DNA from: Octopus bimaculoides
Taxonomy: Eukaryota
Length of the DNA stretch: 64,000 nucleotides
Direction: 5' to 3'
NCBI RefSeq assembly: GCF_001194135.2
Contig: NC_068990.1
Coordinates: 89,120,924-89,184,923, forward strand
Position numbers and translations under genes: made by a program. Position 1 is the first letter of the stretch. The number at the start of each line of letters is the position of its first letter. This document shows, in pieces, positions 37,367 through 50,807 of the stretch. The notes under the pieces were generated by a model that was given only the letters and a program-made list of their open reading frames with translations, was not told the origin of the DNA and made no database searches.

Positions 37367-37452
37367 GTATCATCTTGTACACTAATGATTTCACCAGCTT
37401 TAAAGTTAAGTTCATTATCTTCTGCTGCTTCAAAATCATACAGAGCTCTCAC
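37367..37452 (-). CDS. STAM: STAM exon (86 nt), SH3 first half: [28 protein letters not shown]
   Basis: Canonical sites, phase 0-2; [19 protein letters not shown] is the STAM SH3 signature. Confidence 0.96.
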
Positions 37453-37563
37453 CTGTATCAGGAAGGGAGACAGAAAGAAATCTTAGTTATCGATTATTGG
37501 TGATTAGCAAACAACATAATGTAAAGTGATGTCAGTTGACCAAGCAAAATATCATAGTAAAAC

Positions 37564-37781
37564 TGACATGTAGATAGATGTTAGTTGTCTGAGGTGACAT
37601 GCAGATGACATGTTAATCCTCCAAAATGACATGCAGACAAATGCCAGTTGTCCAAGGTGACATGTAGGCATATCTCAGTTGTCTAAGGTCATATGCAACT
37701 GTGTCTTAGCTGTCCAAAATGACATGTAAACATGTCTTAATTGTCCAAGGTGACGTATAGACATAGGTTGGTTGCCCCAGC
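37564..37781. repeat. Degenerate 31-bp minisatellite, about 7 units (tgacatgyagacanatgtyagttgtccaagg)
   Basis: tgacatg recurs with 31-32 nt spacing; units end in aagg or aaaa. Confidence 0.8.
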
Positions 37782-38616
37782 AGTGTTGCAATATGATAAA
37801 ATTATTTAAGTAAAAACTAGAGCTGACAGATTTTGTTAATTTCCACCCCTACAAAACTAATAAAATACAACTAAATCCATAATAATAGATGTAAAATTCT
37901 GTTTGTCTAGGACCCCTGTATCTCAGTCTATATTTGCTCTCCATAGACATATTATACTCTTTTGAAATCAGGATGATCCCAGAATTGAAAATTTGCCCTT
38001 CAGTTGGTTCTTGAACATTCAACATTGGGATCAGGTCTAGATGAGGATTTTTTATATGCTAACAAGTACTGGGGTTGATGTAAAATTTCAGGCATTGTGT
38101 CTATAGTAGAAAGGATTATTATTATTGTTGTTGTTACACTATTTATACACACTTTTACTGCACTACTTTCACCATTAAAGTTAAGGCGCAAACTCCAGGG
38201 TAACAGACCACTCACTGGCCTAAATGAACTATTGATCTCTACATTTGTATTGAGTACTTATTCTCGAGATCATTACTTAACAATGGACATATATATCATA
38301 GTCAGACAGACAAGATGTAAAACACAGCAACGTCATAAAGATCAACTAACTAAAACAGTCAACAGGCTAGACAAACATGGTAACTTCTACATATTAAATT
38401 TGGCTTTTAAATGGCACAAGCAACCTTTGAACTTAGTATCTGGTGTGTTATTTTTCTAACAACTACTTGATTAAATCTGGAGAACAAAAAATGAAAAATT
38501 GAGAGACAAAGAAGGAAAAGAAAGTGTGGACAGTTAGAGACAGAGGGAAATGTAAAGGCGAGACTGAATAAATATTTATTTTCAAACACACAAAATCAAA
38601 CACAAAATTTACATAC

Positions 38617-38735
38617 TTTGCGATACTCTTTGCTTTTGGGCAAAGTATTACTGCTGCTAAGGGCAGGGGAAGCTGATGGGTATAACGAACCACCAGTTTT
38701 GGATTTTTCAGCTTCTTGTAATGATAAAGCAATGG
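38617..38735 (-). CDS. STAM: STAM exon (119 nt), UIM end and linker: AIALSLQEAEKSKTGGSLYPSASPALSSSNTLPKSKEYRK
   Basis: ttttcag acceptor, gtatgt donor, phase 1-0; the SLYP motif is typical of STAM. Confidence 0.93.
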
Positions 38736-39258
38736 CTGAAAAATATAAAACATATGAAAATCAATTAATTGAAAAAGAAAATTGATTAATGAATTTACTC
38801 AAATTAGTATAACATCATAATTATGATGAAACAAAACCACAAAACAAAACCTGAAAAATAATTTCTATTAAAAGATACAAGGCCTGAAATTAGGTGGGAA
38901 GTATATAGTCTATTATATTGAACTCAACATTGGACTAGAACTTTGTGAGTCAGGAAGGATGGAAAGCCAAGTCAACCTTAGAAGGACCCTTAGTAGTACC
39001 CTGTTGTTCGTATACACTGACATTGCACATCCAGTGGAGCATCACTTGCACATAAATATGTTTACACAGATTCATTGGACATGCACACAACCACATATAC
39101 ACACATGCATACATGTTTTTCAATGCTACCATAGGTTAGACAAATAATTATTGAGGCATTATTTTACAGCCAGATAAGGACATATAAAACTTCCCTATAT
39201 GCCAAAACTCCGTCTATTAAGATATTCAAACAATGAGACAACATAAAGAAATGTTAAC

Positions 39259-39334
39259 CTTTTGCTATATCATCTTCTTCCTGTTGTGTTTGAACAGCAT
39301 CAGGATTTGAAATAAGTGTTGGTGTTTTCTTTGG
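39259..39334 (-). CDS. STAM: STAM exon (76 nt), UIM start: PKKTPTLISNPDAVQTQQEEDDIAK
   Basis: taacag acceptor, G|gttaac donor, phase 0-1; EEDDIAKAIALSL completes the UIM with the next exon. Confidence 0.92.
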
Positions 39335-40081
39335 CTGTTAAAGAAAAAGAAGAAAAAAATGATTATCTAAACATGCATCTAAGGATTAGGAATATAAAAC
39401 TCATAATTGTAACTTGTCAAGTTTCAGTTTTAAAATCAAATTTTAAACTTCTTTGTAATGAATATGCTTGTGAAGTGAACTGTTTAACTACACAGACATC
39501 CCTATGTATTTAATGTGTATGTGTGTTTATATTTTAATTCTAAGATAATGATACACTTTGTCCTGTCAGATGAGTGTAATGTTGAAGGAAACTCAGAACA
39601 GCTCAATGAGTGAATATATTACAGCTATGATATAAAAATACACACAACCTCTATCTTAAATATATGTATTCAATAACTGACATAAAACTAACATCTATTA
39701 CACTGAAATATCAGTAACGAGCAAACATAACACTGTGTGGTTTCTGATTACATCTGCAGGTCACATGATATGTTGTTGTTTGCTCTTTGTTTTTGGTCAC
39801 ATGATGCACTGTACCTATTTGTTCCTTCCATTCTCTTTGGCGTCCCTGAATACACACCTTAGACCTAAGTTAACACAATAGGACAAAGTTTTACGATTTA
39901 CATTTTAGTAGTTTTACATTTGATTTTTGTTTTTAAGGATGAGTGAGAGGACATAAAAATTAGCCTATGAACTGTTGCTGGGAGTGTTATGAATGCCTTT
40001 CTAACCACCAACTAAAATAAGGGTGACAGAGGTGTTTTTAGATGAGCTGAAGACTGAGCCTTGCTAAAGGACACAATATCT

Positions 40082-40416
40082 GAGACTCCCTTCGGTCATG
40101 ACTGACCATGGCAATGTTCCTAGAAAGTTACCCTCCCAGGCACAAGTCCGGGCAAGGTTGTTTATGGAAGACCAGCAGTCACCCAGGCATACCAGTCTCC
40201 CCTCTCCATGCCACCAATGTTATCCAAGGGAAAGGCAAAGGTCGATACAGCTTGGTACCTGTGACGTCGCAACTCATTTCTACAGCTGAGTGAACTGGAG
40301 CAACGTGAAATAAAGTGTCTTGCTCAAGAACACAACACGCAGCCCGGTCCGGGATTCAAACTCACAACCTCACAATCGTAAGCTCGACGCTCTAACCACT
40401 GAGCCATGCACCTTCA
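40082..40416 (-). mobile_element. Near full-length tRNA-derived SINE (family C); decayed partial copy at about 37170-37312
   Basis: ggtgcatggctcagtggttagagcg A box, gtttgaatccc B box, gtgttcttgagcaagacactt core-like segment; CpGs retained. Confidence 0.85.
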
Positions 40417-40931
40417 CAAGGACAACATAATAGTGACAGAAAAGTTTGAGTATGATTTACTCATGACCAAATAGACTACATCGTACTTTGGTACTTTAGT
40501 TTATAATATCAAAGTAACCAATATCTAGGCTGTAAAGTATCAATTTCCAGAGTTATGTGGAAAAAACATTAAACAGAAGCTTTGAACTTGTTCAATGAAA
40601 TATGTAAGCAAATGAATAATGGAAGCTTGACACAAATCAGAAAAATGCAGTTGTAAAGCTCAAATGTTTGATATCACATCTAATTTTAAATCTCATAAAA
40701 ACCAGTTTTCAATGAAATAAATAAGTCATGGCTGCTTAACCTTTTAACAGTTACATGTGATCTTTATAATTTAAGCAGTTGACAATAAAATATAGTGATG
40801 AGATATTATACACAAGAAATGTATAAACAAGATTCTTCCTCTTCAGTTATATAATCAGGGAAAATAATTCACCAATATTAAACAAAATTAACAAATAAAA
40901 AAAATTTTCTCTACACATGCAAGAATTTGAT

Positions 40932-41290
40932 TAAGAAATTTCTTACACAACCACATAGTTCAGTCCCACTACACAGTCCTAAGACAAAAATATTCTGCTA
41001 AAGGCCTTTGAGTGGATTTGATATATGGAAACTGAAAGAAGCTTGTTGTATATATATATTTTGTAATCTTTCTGTAAAATCAGCAGCACAGCGTGCATAA
41101 CAAAGCTTCCCCTTTGAATTACAGGAAGAAACCATATGATGGGCTTCCACATAGTTTCCATCAATCCCAGTTTCACTCAGAAGGCTTAAGTCAATCTGAG
41201 GCTATGGTAAAAGACACTTGCCCAAGTTGCCACTTAGCAGGATTGAACCTGGAAACTTGTGATTGAGAAATAAACTTCTTAACCAACTGA
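40932..41290. mobile_element. Two decayed family B SINEs in inverted orientation
   Basis: A plus copy at about 40932-41060 and a minus copy at about 41120-41290 share the aagaa..caaccac..gttca.tcc and gagtg..atggaaact..gaagc segments. Confidence 0.7.
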
Positions 41291-41354
41291 CTATTTAAAA
41301 TAAAATTGCACAAGTTATTTCAAAAAGGAAACATTAAGGAAAATTAATGCTTAC

Positions 41355-41421
41355 CACTGTATCTGGATCGGAGAAGTCATGTCCCTCTTTTTTTAAGTTT
41401 TCATACAGCGATGGCATCAAG
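41355..41421 (-). CDS. STAM: STAM exon (67 nt), end of VHS: (N)LMPSLYENLKKEGHDFSDPDTV
   Basis: ctccag acceptor, gtaagc donor, phase 2-0. Confidence 0.92.
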
Positions 41422-42420
41422 CTGGAGAGAATTATCAAAATAATAAAGTTTCAATAAATTTATGTAATTAAAAAAAAAAACAAGACAGGCCTTACAATTG
41501 CCTGATATTCATCAAAGACGGAGACACAACTTACTAATGATTGGAGACAAAACAAGGAAAAAGAAAATTCAAATACAACAATAACTGTTTCAGCATTTAT
41601 GGCACTTCCTAAAAGCAGAAGTAGGTTTCATTCAGTTCACCACAAGCTTACCTGTCACTCTGCAGCCCACAATAACTTTATAGAAAATGCATATTGAAGT
41701 GCACAGAAGATACAATAAAGACATTGGCATACTGTCAGCAACAGAAAGGGCTTTAGAAATATCAGCACACTAGAATATCTGGCAAAACCAGCAGCTATGA
41801 ATTGAAGACAATAGACTGCACTGATGGCCTGCTGGATACAATAGTTTAGCTATGTTTCTTAGAGAATGGATACAATTATTGCTGAATCTGGGCCTAATGA
41901 AAGTATATATTTACTGTAGCATAAATGGTATAAAAATATATTTTTTTAAAAAGCAGCTTCTGTTGGCAACAAAATATTTTCTTCCCATACAAAAGATGTA
42001 TACAAAATGTAATGGAGTGTGGTACTCAATGCAGAAGATTGGGAAGACAAAGAAGAAAAGAATGCTCCTGTCTGCAGCATCAACCTCCACTCTGGAACCC
42101 AACTGATATAAAAAAGCACAAACATTTCCTTCAAGATTATCAGCAGAAAACATCAGCAAGACAGTGCATCTCCCCACAGAAATAGTAGCCAAATCCCTCC
42201 GATTATACCTTATTATCTTGAAATAAAACACAATGGATAATGCAGTGCTGGACATAAAAACGGCAGAGCGACCAAAGGTTGGAACATTTTGGGTCAGAAT
42301 TACCCAGTTGGGCTAATAACAGCTACTGCCAGCGATAACCATAGAAAATGGAGTCACAAGGGATGAAAATTAAGAACAGAGAAACCCAAATTAGAAATTA
42401 AGAATATTAATTTGACTTAC

Positions 42421-42506
42421 TTTAGAGCTGGTTCATCTTTGAATTCTGGCATCTCTGCCCATCGTTTTATCAACAACTTCAGCTTCTGTGCTACTTTTGG
42501 GTGAGC
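42421..42506 (-). CDS. STAM: STAM exon (86 nt), VHS: AHPKVAQKLKLLIKRWAEMPEFKDEPAL
   Basis: Canonical sites, phase 0-2, HPKVxxKLK..W..EFKxxPxL motif. Confidence 0.95.
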
Positions 42507-43790
42507 CTGAAAACAAAAGAAACAAACATTTTATTTCAGACAAGATGAAATACATATATATATTTCAGATTCTCTTAATAAGAAGAAGGGATGTTGATGA
42601 AAACTTCTTCAATATTGTTCGTTTCCAAAATTGTTTACAATTTTTGCCTGTGTGTGTTTATGTTCAACAGATGGTTGTGTGTGTTACAAATGTACAAAAC
42701 AGATATTTAGAGTATTTTTAGCTTATGCTAGAAATAAAACAAAGTAATCTTTTGGTTTAATATCACAACCTCCATTTTACTTTAAACATTAAAGGATGCA
42801 TGCTAATTTTGCTGAGAGGTCGCTTAAAAATGCAGAATTGCAAAACTAGAGCTCCACTAATTAAGTCTGTCCTGTCTGTCTCTTTTGCAACTACAAGTAA
42901 AATCTTTACTCATACACAAACAGTTTAAAAAATAATGCAGAAACAATATGTCCTCATTGCTACAGTACAGACAATACAGTCATTATGGTGTGTGATTTAG
43001 TAAATCATTTCCGAGATATGGCCTTCTCCTGTTATTTCAATCAGCTCACATCAAGTCACGTGTCTCTCTAAGTAAAACTGACAACAGATACTCATAGATG
43101 CTAACAACAATAATAAAAGAATTTATATTGCTATTTGATGAACAATAACATCATTGGTTACAAGTTACCAACGAGCCAATCACTGATTCATTGCATTTCT
43201 GATAGTGAGAGTGATAAAGCATTGTTTGGCAAAACAAATATTACACAAGATATTTTATTTGAAATACTTTTTTTTTTGTTCTTGATGCCACATCTTTCAT
43301 TGATGCATATTGACAAAAGATTTAGATACATATATATTCTGCAATGGTTTTTCCAATTCACTCCAAGGCTACAGTAGATGGCATTTGCCCAAGGTGCCAA
43401 ACAGTGATATATTTAGTCATCTTACAGATTGAAATAATTATATACTGCTAAAGAAATTTTTCTATACGATTTTTGTTACCATATTTGAAAAGGTATCTCC
43501 AGCCAAACCTATTTTCCCATGCTTTGTCAAGACTTATGACATTTCTCATTCACAATATCATGACGAGTCAAAAACTGTTTGTATCACGTAAAGCAAACTT
43601 CAGTTAAAGGAAGAACTGAAGACAATAGACAATGTTTGGTGTTAGAAATGTGACTCAAGTAATTCTAAAGACCTTGCTTTTGGTAATCTGATATTTTTGC
43701 AAGACAAGTGAAATTCTTAAAACAAAGCAAGTCATTTAGTACCTACAGCAGCTAGTAATCTTATTGAGTAATGTTCAACGAAAGACTTAC

Positions 43791-43889
43791 TTTTTGTCCA
43801 ATAAAATTGCGACATTCTGACACGAAATCTCTGGAGCAAATTTCCAAATGAAATGGTCGACCACAGTTATTTACACAAGCATCCAGAAG
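43791..43889 (-). CDS. STAM: STAM exon (99 nt), VHS: [33 protein letters not shown]
   Basis: ccag acceptor, gtaagt donor, phase 0-0, conserved LLxACVxNCGxxFHLExCSRDF motif. Confidence 0.95.
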
Positions 43890-44811
43890 CTGGAAATAGA
43901 AACAAAAATAAAGAGATGAAAAACTGCAGGTATCTTTAAGATGATATAGACTTTAATCCTTAAGGGCTGATTTCTTTAAAAAATGTGTTGTTTTTTTATT
44001 TATTGAGGTTCAGATTTTTCTTTTTTTCTTTTACATAATTTTAATTTATAAACTTTATTCTTTTTGAATTTCATGAAAATAGTTGCATCTTCTAGAGTGA
44101 AGAAGTATCTGTAGATTCCGTTTCATTTTTTTAGAGTAGAAGCTTCAGTAGGCTTAGTTACCAAGTGTAAATGTCTACAGTAGCTTTGGGTTGACCCCAG
44201 CCATACGAGGGAAATTAGGTAGGTGGAAACTGTACAGAAACTCAAAGGGAGCATTACTGTTCTTTGATGATAGACTTAATTTGTTGGTCACTAGAAAGGG
44301 AAGTGGCTTTATGCCAGAAGTTGAGAGACTAAAATTTGGTACAGAGACAAGAACAGGTGTCTTGCTACAGAGGAGATATATAGCTACCTCATGTTATATC
44401 AGGGTGGGTGGGATTGACTGGAAAGAGAAATAAGGATGGTAGTGACAAAGTGTCTGGGAATACTTTCAGGATAAGAGAAAGTGAGTATGAGAGAGAATAT
44501 GGATTAGAAAAGATGGGTAGGTAAGATTACAAGAGTATACAGAGTGTGACAGATGATTAGAGATGGGTACAAAGGTGAGGTGAATAGGGAACAAGGTTGG
44601 AGGTAGTTGATCCAGGAGACAACCCAGGCCATGTTTCAGTATTATGATGACTTCACCAGCAAAGCATAGTCTCCCAGATAGAGTCTGGATTAGTTGAACA
44701 TAGTCTAGTCTACCACTATATTAGTTAAACCAACAACATCATTACTCTAGTATAAAAGATAGATTCGCTGGATCAAGGTGTCATGTATTAAATGTAGAAA
44801 CTTTGACTCAC

Positions 44812-44887
44812 GGTTAAACTTTGCATTGTCACAAAAGGAACTTTATGATTCATCCGTTTCACAATAGCACGAAGACAATCTTTGGGC
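44812..44887 (-). CDS. STAM: STAM exon (76 nt), VHS: PKDCLRAIVKRMNHKVPFVTMQSLT
   Basis: ttttcag acceptor, gtgagt donor, phase 2-0, VHS motif. Confidence 0.95.
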
Positions 44888-45059
44888 CTGAAAAATATTA
44901 AAATACGATACAAAGACATAAAACGATAATTCTGGCATCAACATTTTTAGAGAACGATTCTACAACTGAACAAAGAAAGTCTGTATTTTCCAAAAATTTA
45001 CCAAAAATTTAGAGTGGAAGCAAACACAATGGTATACATAATAAATTGGAATCATCTTC

Positions 45060-45285
45060 ATGGTGATATTCTTATCATTGCTATCATTTTCTGACTGTTT
45101 TTCATACTTGTATAGCTTGAATGAGTCATTTCCAACACATCTCCCGAGCAGCCTTTTGCCATCTCTTTTGTGAAGTTTAACCTACTGAGATCAGCCTTTA
45201 TTACTTCTTCCTTGGTCTTCTTTAACAAGTTCCTTCCTCTTGGATCACTAGGAACTTCTTTACTCAGACTACAGCAACCTCTCAT
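45060..45285 (-). mobile_element. Decayed RTE C-terminus and tail
   Basis: MRGCCSL..PRGRNLLKKTKEEVIKADLSRLNFTKEM resembles the GRPxKTWxEVVKxDL RTE terminus. Confidence 0.65.
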
Positions 45286-48200
45286 AGTAGCATTTCTGTG
45301 CCTTTTACTTTTCGGTGTCAGTGAAGGTGAGTATTTCAGTGATATTATATACACTTTTCACAATCTGATTCATGCAGTCACACTGCTTTGTTATAAAAAA
45401 TACTTCTCATCCTCACAATATAGAACATTGGAAAGTCGATAGTGATACTAGACAATGAATAGAAAGCCCGGTGGTTTGTAATGTGTACTGCATGAGTCCT
45501 TGATGAAGATGCTCAACTCTCAATGGCTGAATTTATCTTGCTTTAAGTAGCTACTCCAAATAGTATAGTTCATAGCTGAGAAGAGTGGAAATGATGAATA
45601 TTTTGTTGGATTGTAGCACCAAGTTCAACTCTGTCTCACCAAAAAGCTACCTACAATACACCAACATCCAATCTGGATATACTTCCCACTTACTTAACAC
45701 TATGGAATTCACAGATAGACAATAGCTTCATAAAGCTGTGAAACTGGTGAGACTTAATAGCTGGTTAAATCTAATCACAAAGCTCCAATATGATCAGATT
45801 TAGCTATTTAGTTCAATATAAAAATACACATTTCCTAAGCCTCTGGAGGCCATCTTAAAGGTTGGTGTTTATCTGCAGTTGCATAACAAAAAGATGACTG
45901 CAATTCCCACTCCATTACAGAAAGTAGGTTAGCTCGGGGAAATACTCTCAGATAATCATAAAGCCGTTCCTACTGAAGTGTAGCTGAGAAAATATAAAAT
46001 TAAAGTTAACTGCTGGCAGAGGATTTAAGCACAAGTTCTACAGGTTGCAGCACAATACTATAATTTAAAGACCATTAGTGTTCTATCAAGTTATCCTCTA
46101 CTATCATTTGTACAAACTTATTTAGTCATGCTTATATCATTATTTTTAATATTTCTTTGGGGTTGAAGCTGTCTATAGAGGTCTAGTTATATCAACAGTT
46201 TCATAATACTTATTTAAAATACAATGTGAATGGTACACTTAAAATGTTATCAAGTATAACACCACAAGCTGGTTTTTGGATGCATTTAACCAAGTCCATT
46301 TTGTTGCAAGTATTTGGACCTGGTCTCCAGTCTGAGGATAACCCAATATATCACTCCACTAATGCAGTAACCCATAAGTTGTAGTCACTTATTCCTATGC
46401 CCTCCTCCTCTCAGTTACATAATAATGCCATAGATTCTACCCTTTTCTTCATGATAAAAGTATAAAAGTGATTATCACAGCAAAATGGTAATTTTAATTC
46501 TAAACAATCATGCCTCATATAAACAATTCGATGCAGCATGGAATTTTGTCAGTGAACAGGTTATGGGTTCAAAGCAACGAAAATATTTTGACAAATTCAA
46601 TTTAAATGTTGAAGTGAATCTAGTGGTTTTTGTGTGTTTTTAAATGGCTTATAAACATCTTCCATGCTGCAATTGTTTTTGTTTCAGCACATGATCTCAG
46701 ATCAAGTCACTAACTATGCAAGTACATCTCCGTAACATGTCTTATATGTATAATTTTTATTTTGAAAATTCACTCAGTACAAGTGATAATCATTCATCAG
46801 AAATCTATGAGCTGCTAAAAGTGTCAGCCAAATATCCCTCAAATTATATCCTACAATCTTAAAAAGGGAGAGAACATATTAGATAATGTAATCCTTAAAT
46901 AGATTAGATAACGTTAACTTAAATAGACGAGATACTCAAATCCAGAATGCATTTGATCATAGGTATACTCAATGATGGTGAATCTCTTTAGACTGGCACA
47001 ATGAAATTTTAATTTAATTATTGGAGTATCACTTACATGTATTTTAGCTTTAGGTAAATATTTATAGATTGTCTTTTTTAGAACTTGATATTGCAGGAGA
47101 TTGTTTTTATTTTTCAAATTTCATCATTGCTTGCTCCTCCTTGATACCCTCTAATCTCTCTCTATCACTCTCCACTTTCATCTATTCACTCTACCAAGCT
47201 ACCTGTGTTGAGGTCATTGAACTTGTCTGACCCTCTCACGTTTCTGATGCTAACCTTCTCTCCTACACACTGAATTAGGCCACCTGTGTAACAAGGGTCT
47301 CCCCCACCACCAGACTGTACTCAATATCCTCAAACATCACCCTTTCTGCAGTACCAATCATCATTCCCTTTTCCCAGGTCACTCATTTTATCCCCACTCT
47401 CTCCTCCTCGCCCTTACCCACACTTTAGTCACCCTATTTCTATCACCATTCATTTCTATTCCATTCATCCATCAGACTCGTTTTCTTCTGTTATCCTAAT
47501 CTGCTGTTCACTTGCTTGATCACACTGCCTTCAGTGAACTGACGCAGCAAGAACTCTGAGGTCTTGAGGAGCAGAGGGACCCTCACAAGTGTTTCAGTAG
47601 AGTACACCTTGCAAAGGGGTTGGTGTTAGGAAGGGCATCCAACTGTAAAAACTAAGCCAAAAAACAAAATGTACAATTGAGATGCGGTCCTCTGACATGT
47701 CTAGGAAGGTAGTAACTCTGAAGAAGAACTCCCTTAGGTCATGATGACCAATCCAATGCATGCCATCATAGAAAATGGATGTAAAATGATGATTGTATGT
47801 CAGCATGTTACCTAAAAACCTGAAGCGTGTTACTGGAGACACAAGTCGCAGGTTTGTCATTAACGATGTCGAGTAAAACAACAACAACAGCAATGATATT
47901 AGACTTTGACAAGTCATTTGGTGTCACTGCTTTATTAGCAACTGAACAACACACATGTCAATCTACAACACAATCTAAACATCTCAAAATGACCTTTCAT
48001 AATCACCCACCTCCTACATCTTTTACAAAGCCAAAAGGCTGTATGATTTTTTTATGACCTGAAAATACTTCAGTCCTTAATAGTTTGCTCAACATTGCAC
48101 ATGTGTATGCACATCGGTCAGTGAACCAACTTAAAATATACACAGACACACACACACACACACACACATAATTATACAGAACTATCTTAAGACAGCAAAA

Positions 48201-49014
48201 ATAATAATATATAGCCCGCATGCAGACACACAGCACAAACACATTCCATACTGACACAACATAGATTGGTGCAATGCACACACACACACACACACACACT
48301 TGTACAATACACACAAAAGCATGGACTGGTACCATACACATACAAACACAAACAATACGGACAGCATCCCTGCCTCCTTACATACATAAATCAATCATAG
48401 TCAACTTCCACACAAACACAAAAATTAAACAAACATGCTGTAAGCATTATGGAGCAGAAGAGATGCATGCTTGTAGGCAACAGAATCTGTGAAAGAGTTT
48501 AGTTGCCAGTTGTGGTTTCACTTTAACCAACATAGCATCAGGCTATAAGGAGGGTGCAGCTTTTCCATTTATTTGAGCAGGATAGACAAATGATGATGAT
48601 GATGACAAGGAAAGCAAAATCTATTCTTTGTTTCACAACTGAACAATCAGCAATAAGACCACAGATCAGTCAGTTCTGAGAAAGAGAGAAGGAAGTGGGG
48701 GAATCAACCCCAGTATTTGACTGGGACTTTATTGACCTGATAGGGGAAAGACAAAGTTGAACTCGGCAAGATTTGAACGGAAAATATTAAGAGATGGAAC
48801 AATTCCTGCAAAACAAAATAATGATTCTGCCAATTGGTTGCCTTTGTTAACAGTAAGAAGGGAAATTATCAAGATGTGAAAGAAAAAAAAAATTCATTCA
48901 TTCAAATAAACCATTTAACCCAAATGTAGAAAAATGATTTTACATAAACACAAAGTCAGAAGAGAGGCGTAAAGTTGATTTACTTGACCACAGTAAAAGC
49001 ACATGGAAAAGTGC

Positions 49015-49200
49015 CCATGCAGCCAGCATGTAAATGCATGCACCCAGCACACTGTAAAGTGGTTGGCATTAGAAAGGGCATCCAGCCATAGAAACCATGT
49101 CAAATCAGACTGGAGTCTGGTGCAGCCCCTCAGCTTGCCAGCTCTGGTCAAACCTTCTAACCCATGCCAGCATGGACAACAGACATTAAATGATGATACT
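49015..49200 (+). mobile_element. RTE-tail element (similar copies at about 19780-19985, 47590-47790 and 54830-55140)
   Basis: gtggttggcattagaaagggcatccagcc...catgccagcatggacaacagacattaaatgatgat. Confidence 0.8.
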
Positions 49201-49353
49201 GACAATACTTCACTGGTACTTATCAACCCTGGGTAAAGCTGACCTTGTTGGAAATGGATGTCAATCTGTATGTGGATACTTTTAAAATACATTCAGATGA
49301 AGTGTACAAAAAGAAGAAAAAAAAAAGCAAACAAAAACAAACTGCAACACGTG

Positions 49354-49395
<42 letters not shown>

Positions 49396-49429
49396 CTGTG
49401 AATAGAGAATAGAGAATAGAAATACTTAC

Positions 49430-49514
49430 CCATTGGGAGTCCGACTGACTTTGTCACAGATGTCCATAATAAGACCCCAGTCTTCAGTTGTACGCATTTC
49501 ATTGGTGGCTTTTT
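49430..49514 (-). CDS. STAM: STAM exon (85 nt, phase 1-2), VHS start: [29 protein letters not shown]
   Basis: Canonical AG/GT; near-identical to the STAM VHS helix 1-2 motif EKATxExxTxEDWGLIxDICD. Confidence 0.95.
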
Positions 49515-50765
49515 CTGAAATACAAAAATGTCAAATCAATAAATCATTTCTTTTTTAAGGTACAACAAAGATATGGAAAAATTGCTATCAAATTATTTAA
49601 AACAAGCACTAAAAAAGTGGGGTGTGTAGACACTATTTCCATCTTGATGTACACCCACCTTTAGCATGTCTTTTTTATAATCCTTAACGCTTTTGATGCC
49701 AATTTGACTGAGACCAATCTCTGATTTTATGAGACAAGACCATCTACACTAAAGTGTTCCTATATAAATTAACACCTTCCATCCTATTTTCATGTAGGAA
49801 CAGTTTTTTGTTTTATGTAGTGACCAGGGTCACTACATATGTTCCAATTAAATATAGCCATTAATGACAAGCCAATAATGAGATTTGTTTAAAAGGATTT
49901 CACATCATGAAGGTCATCCTGCCATAAAACACTGCCTTCAAAAGTCCCATCCAATCCATGACAGCATATGAAAACAGATGTAAAAATGGTGATGCTAATG
50001 ATAAGTGTAATTGTACTGTAGCGTAGATCTATTGTAGCTATACAGTGATAAGTACTGGGAAACAACATAATAATAGATAAAATCTGAACTCGTGGCTTTA
50101 TGAGTAATAGCCTTATATTTTAATCATTTATCCATTGGCATGCACCAATGTGATTATCTGCATGGTTCCCCAACCTACTAAAAATAGAAACCAAATCTCA
50201 CTCAAAACAGATCTTTCCATTTTCAATAGGAAAATTACACATGGTCCTACATACTCCTAAAAAGATGGTATAGTCATGACTAGAAAATCTTTAATCATAG
50301 ATCTGCTCAATCAGAACTTCTAAACAACAGCAACCTCTTGGCCGTTGAATCGCATAGTACAGTACCTTAACATCAGGGCAGCTTTTGCAATTATGGAAGG
50401 AATTTTAGAATTTAAACAGTCATTATTAATGCCAAAAATTAACCATGCGAGTAAACCACGGTCTTCAGACTAGGGAGGACAATAACTCTAGATAAGAACA
50501 GACTCAGATAGTGAAAGACTGTATAACCCACGTGAGTAAAGAAAGTGGATGAGGATATTTATTAATTCAACACAAATTCCTCCTGTTTATTAATGTTTTG
50601 TCAGTTTTTAGTAAAAACAAAAACAAACAACTTTTTTACATTTATGTATTTGTTTTGCATGATTCCTAATCTGAAATCGTGTGTTGAAACATATTACTAT
50701 ATTTGAGGATGATCATATTTTTGCCAATTAACCACATGCACGATATATCCATTCTTTACTTCAAC

Positions 50766-50807
<42 letters not shown>

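Noticed and set aside
40330-40416. tRNA-like sequences with A and B boxes (also 37240-37312 and about 30020-30100)
   Set aside because: No complete cloverleaf or acceptor stem; each runs straight into a SINE body.
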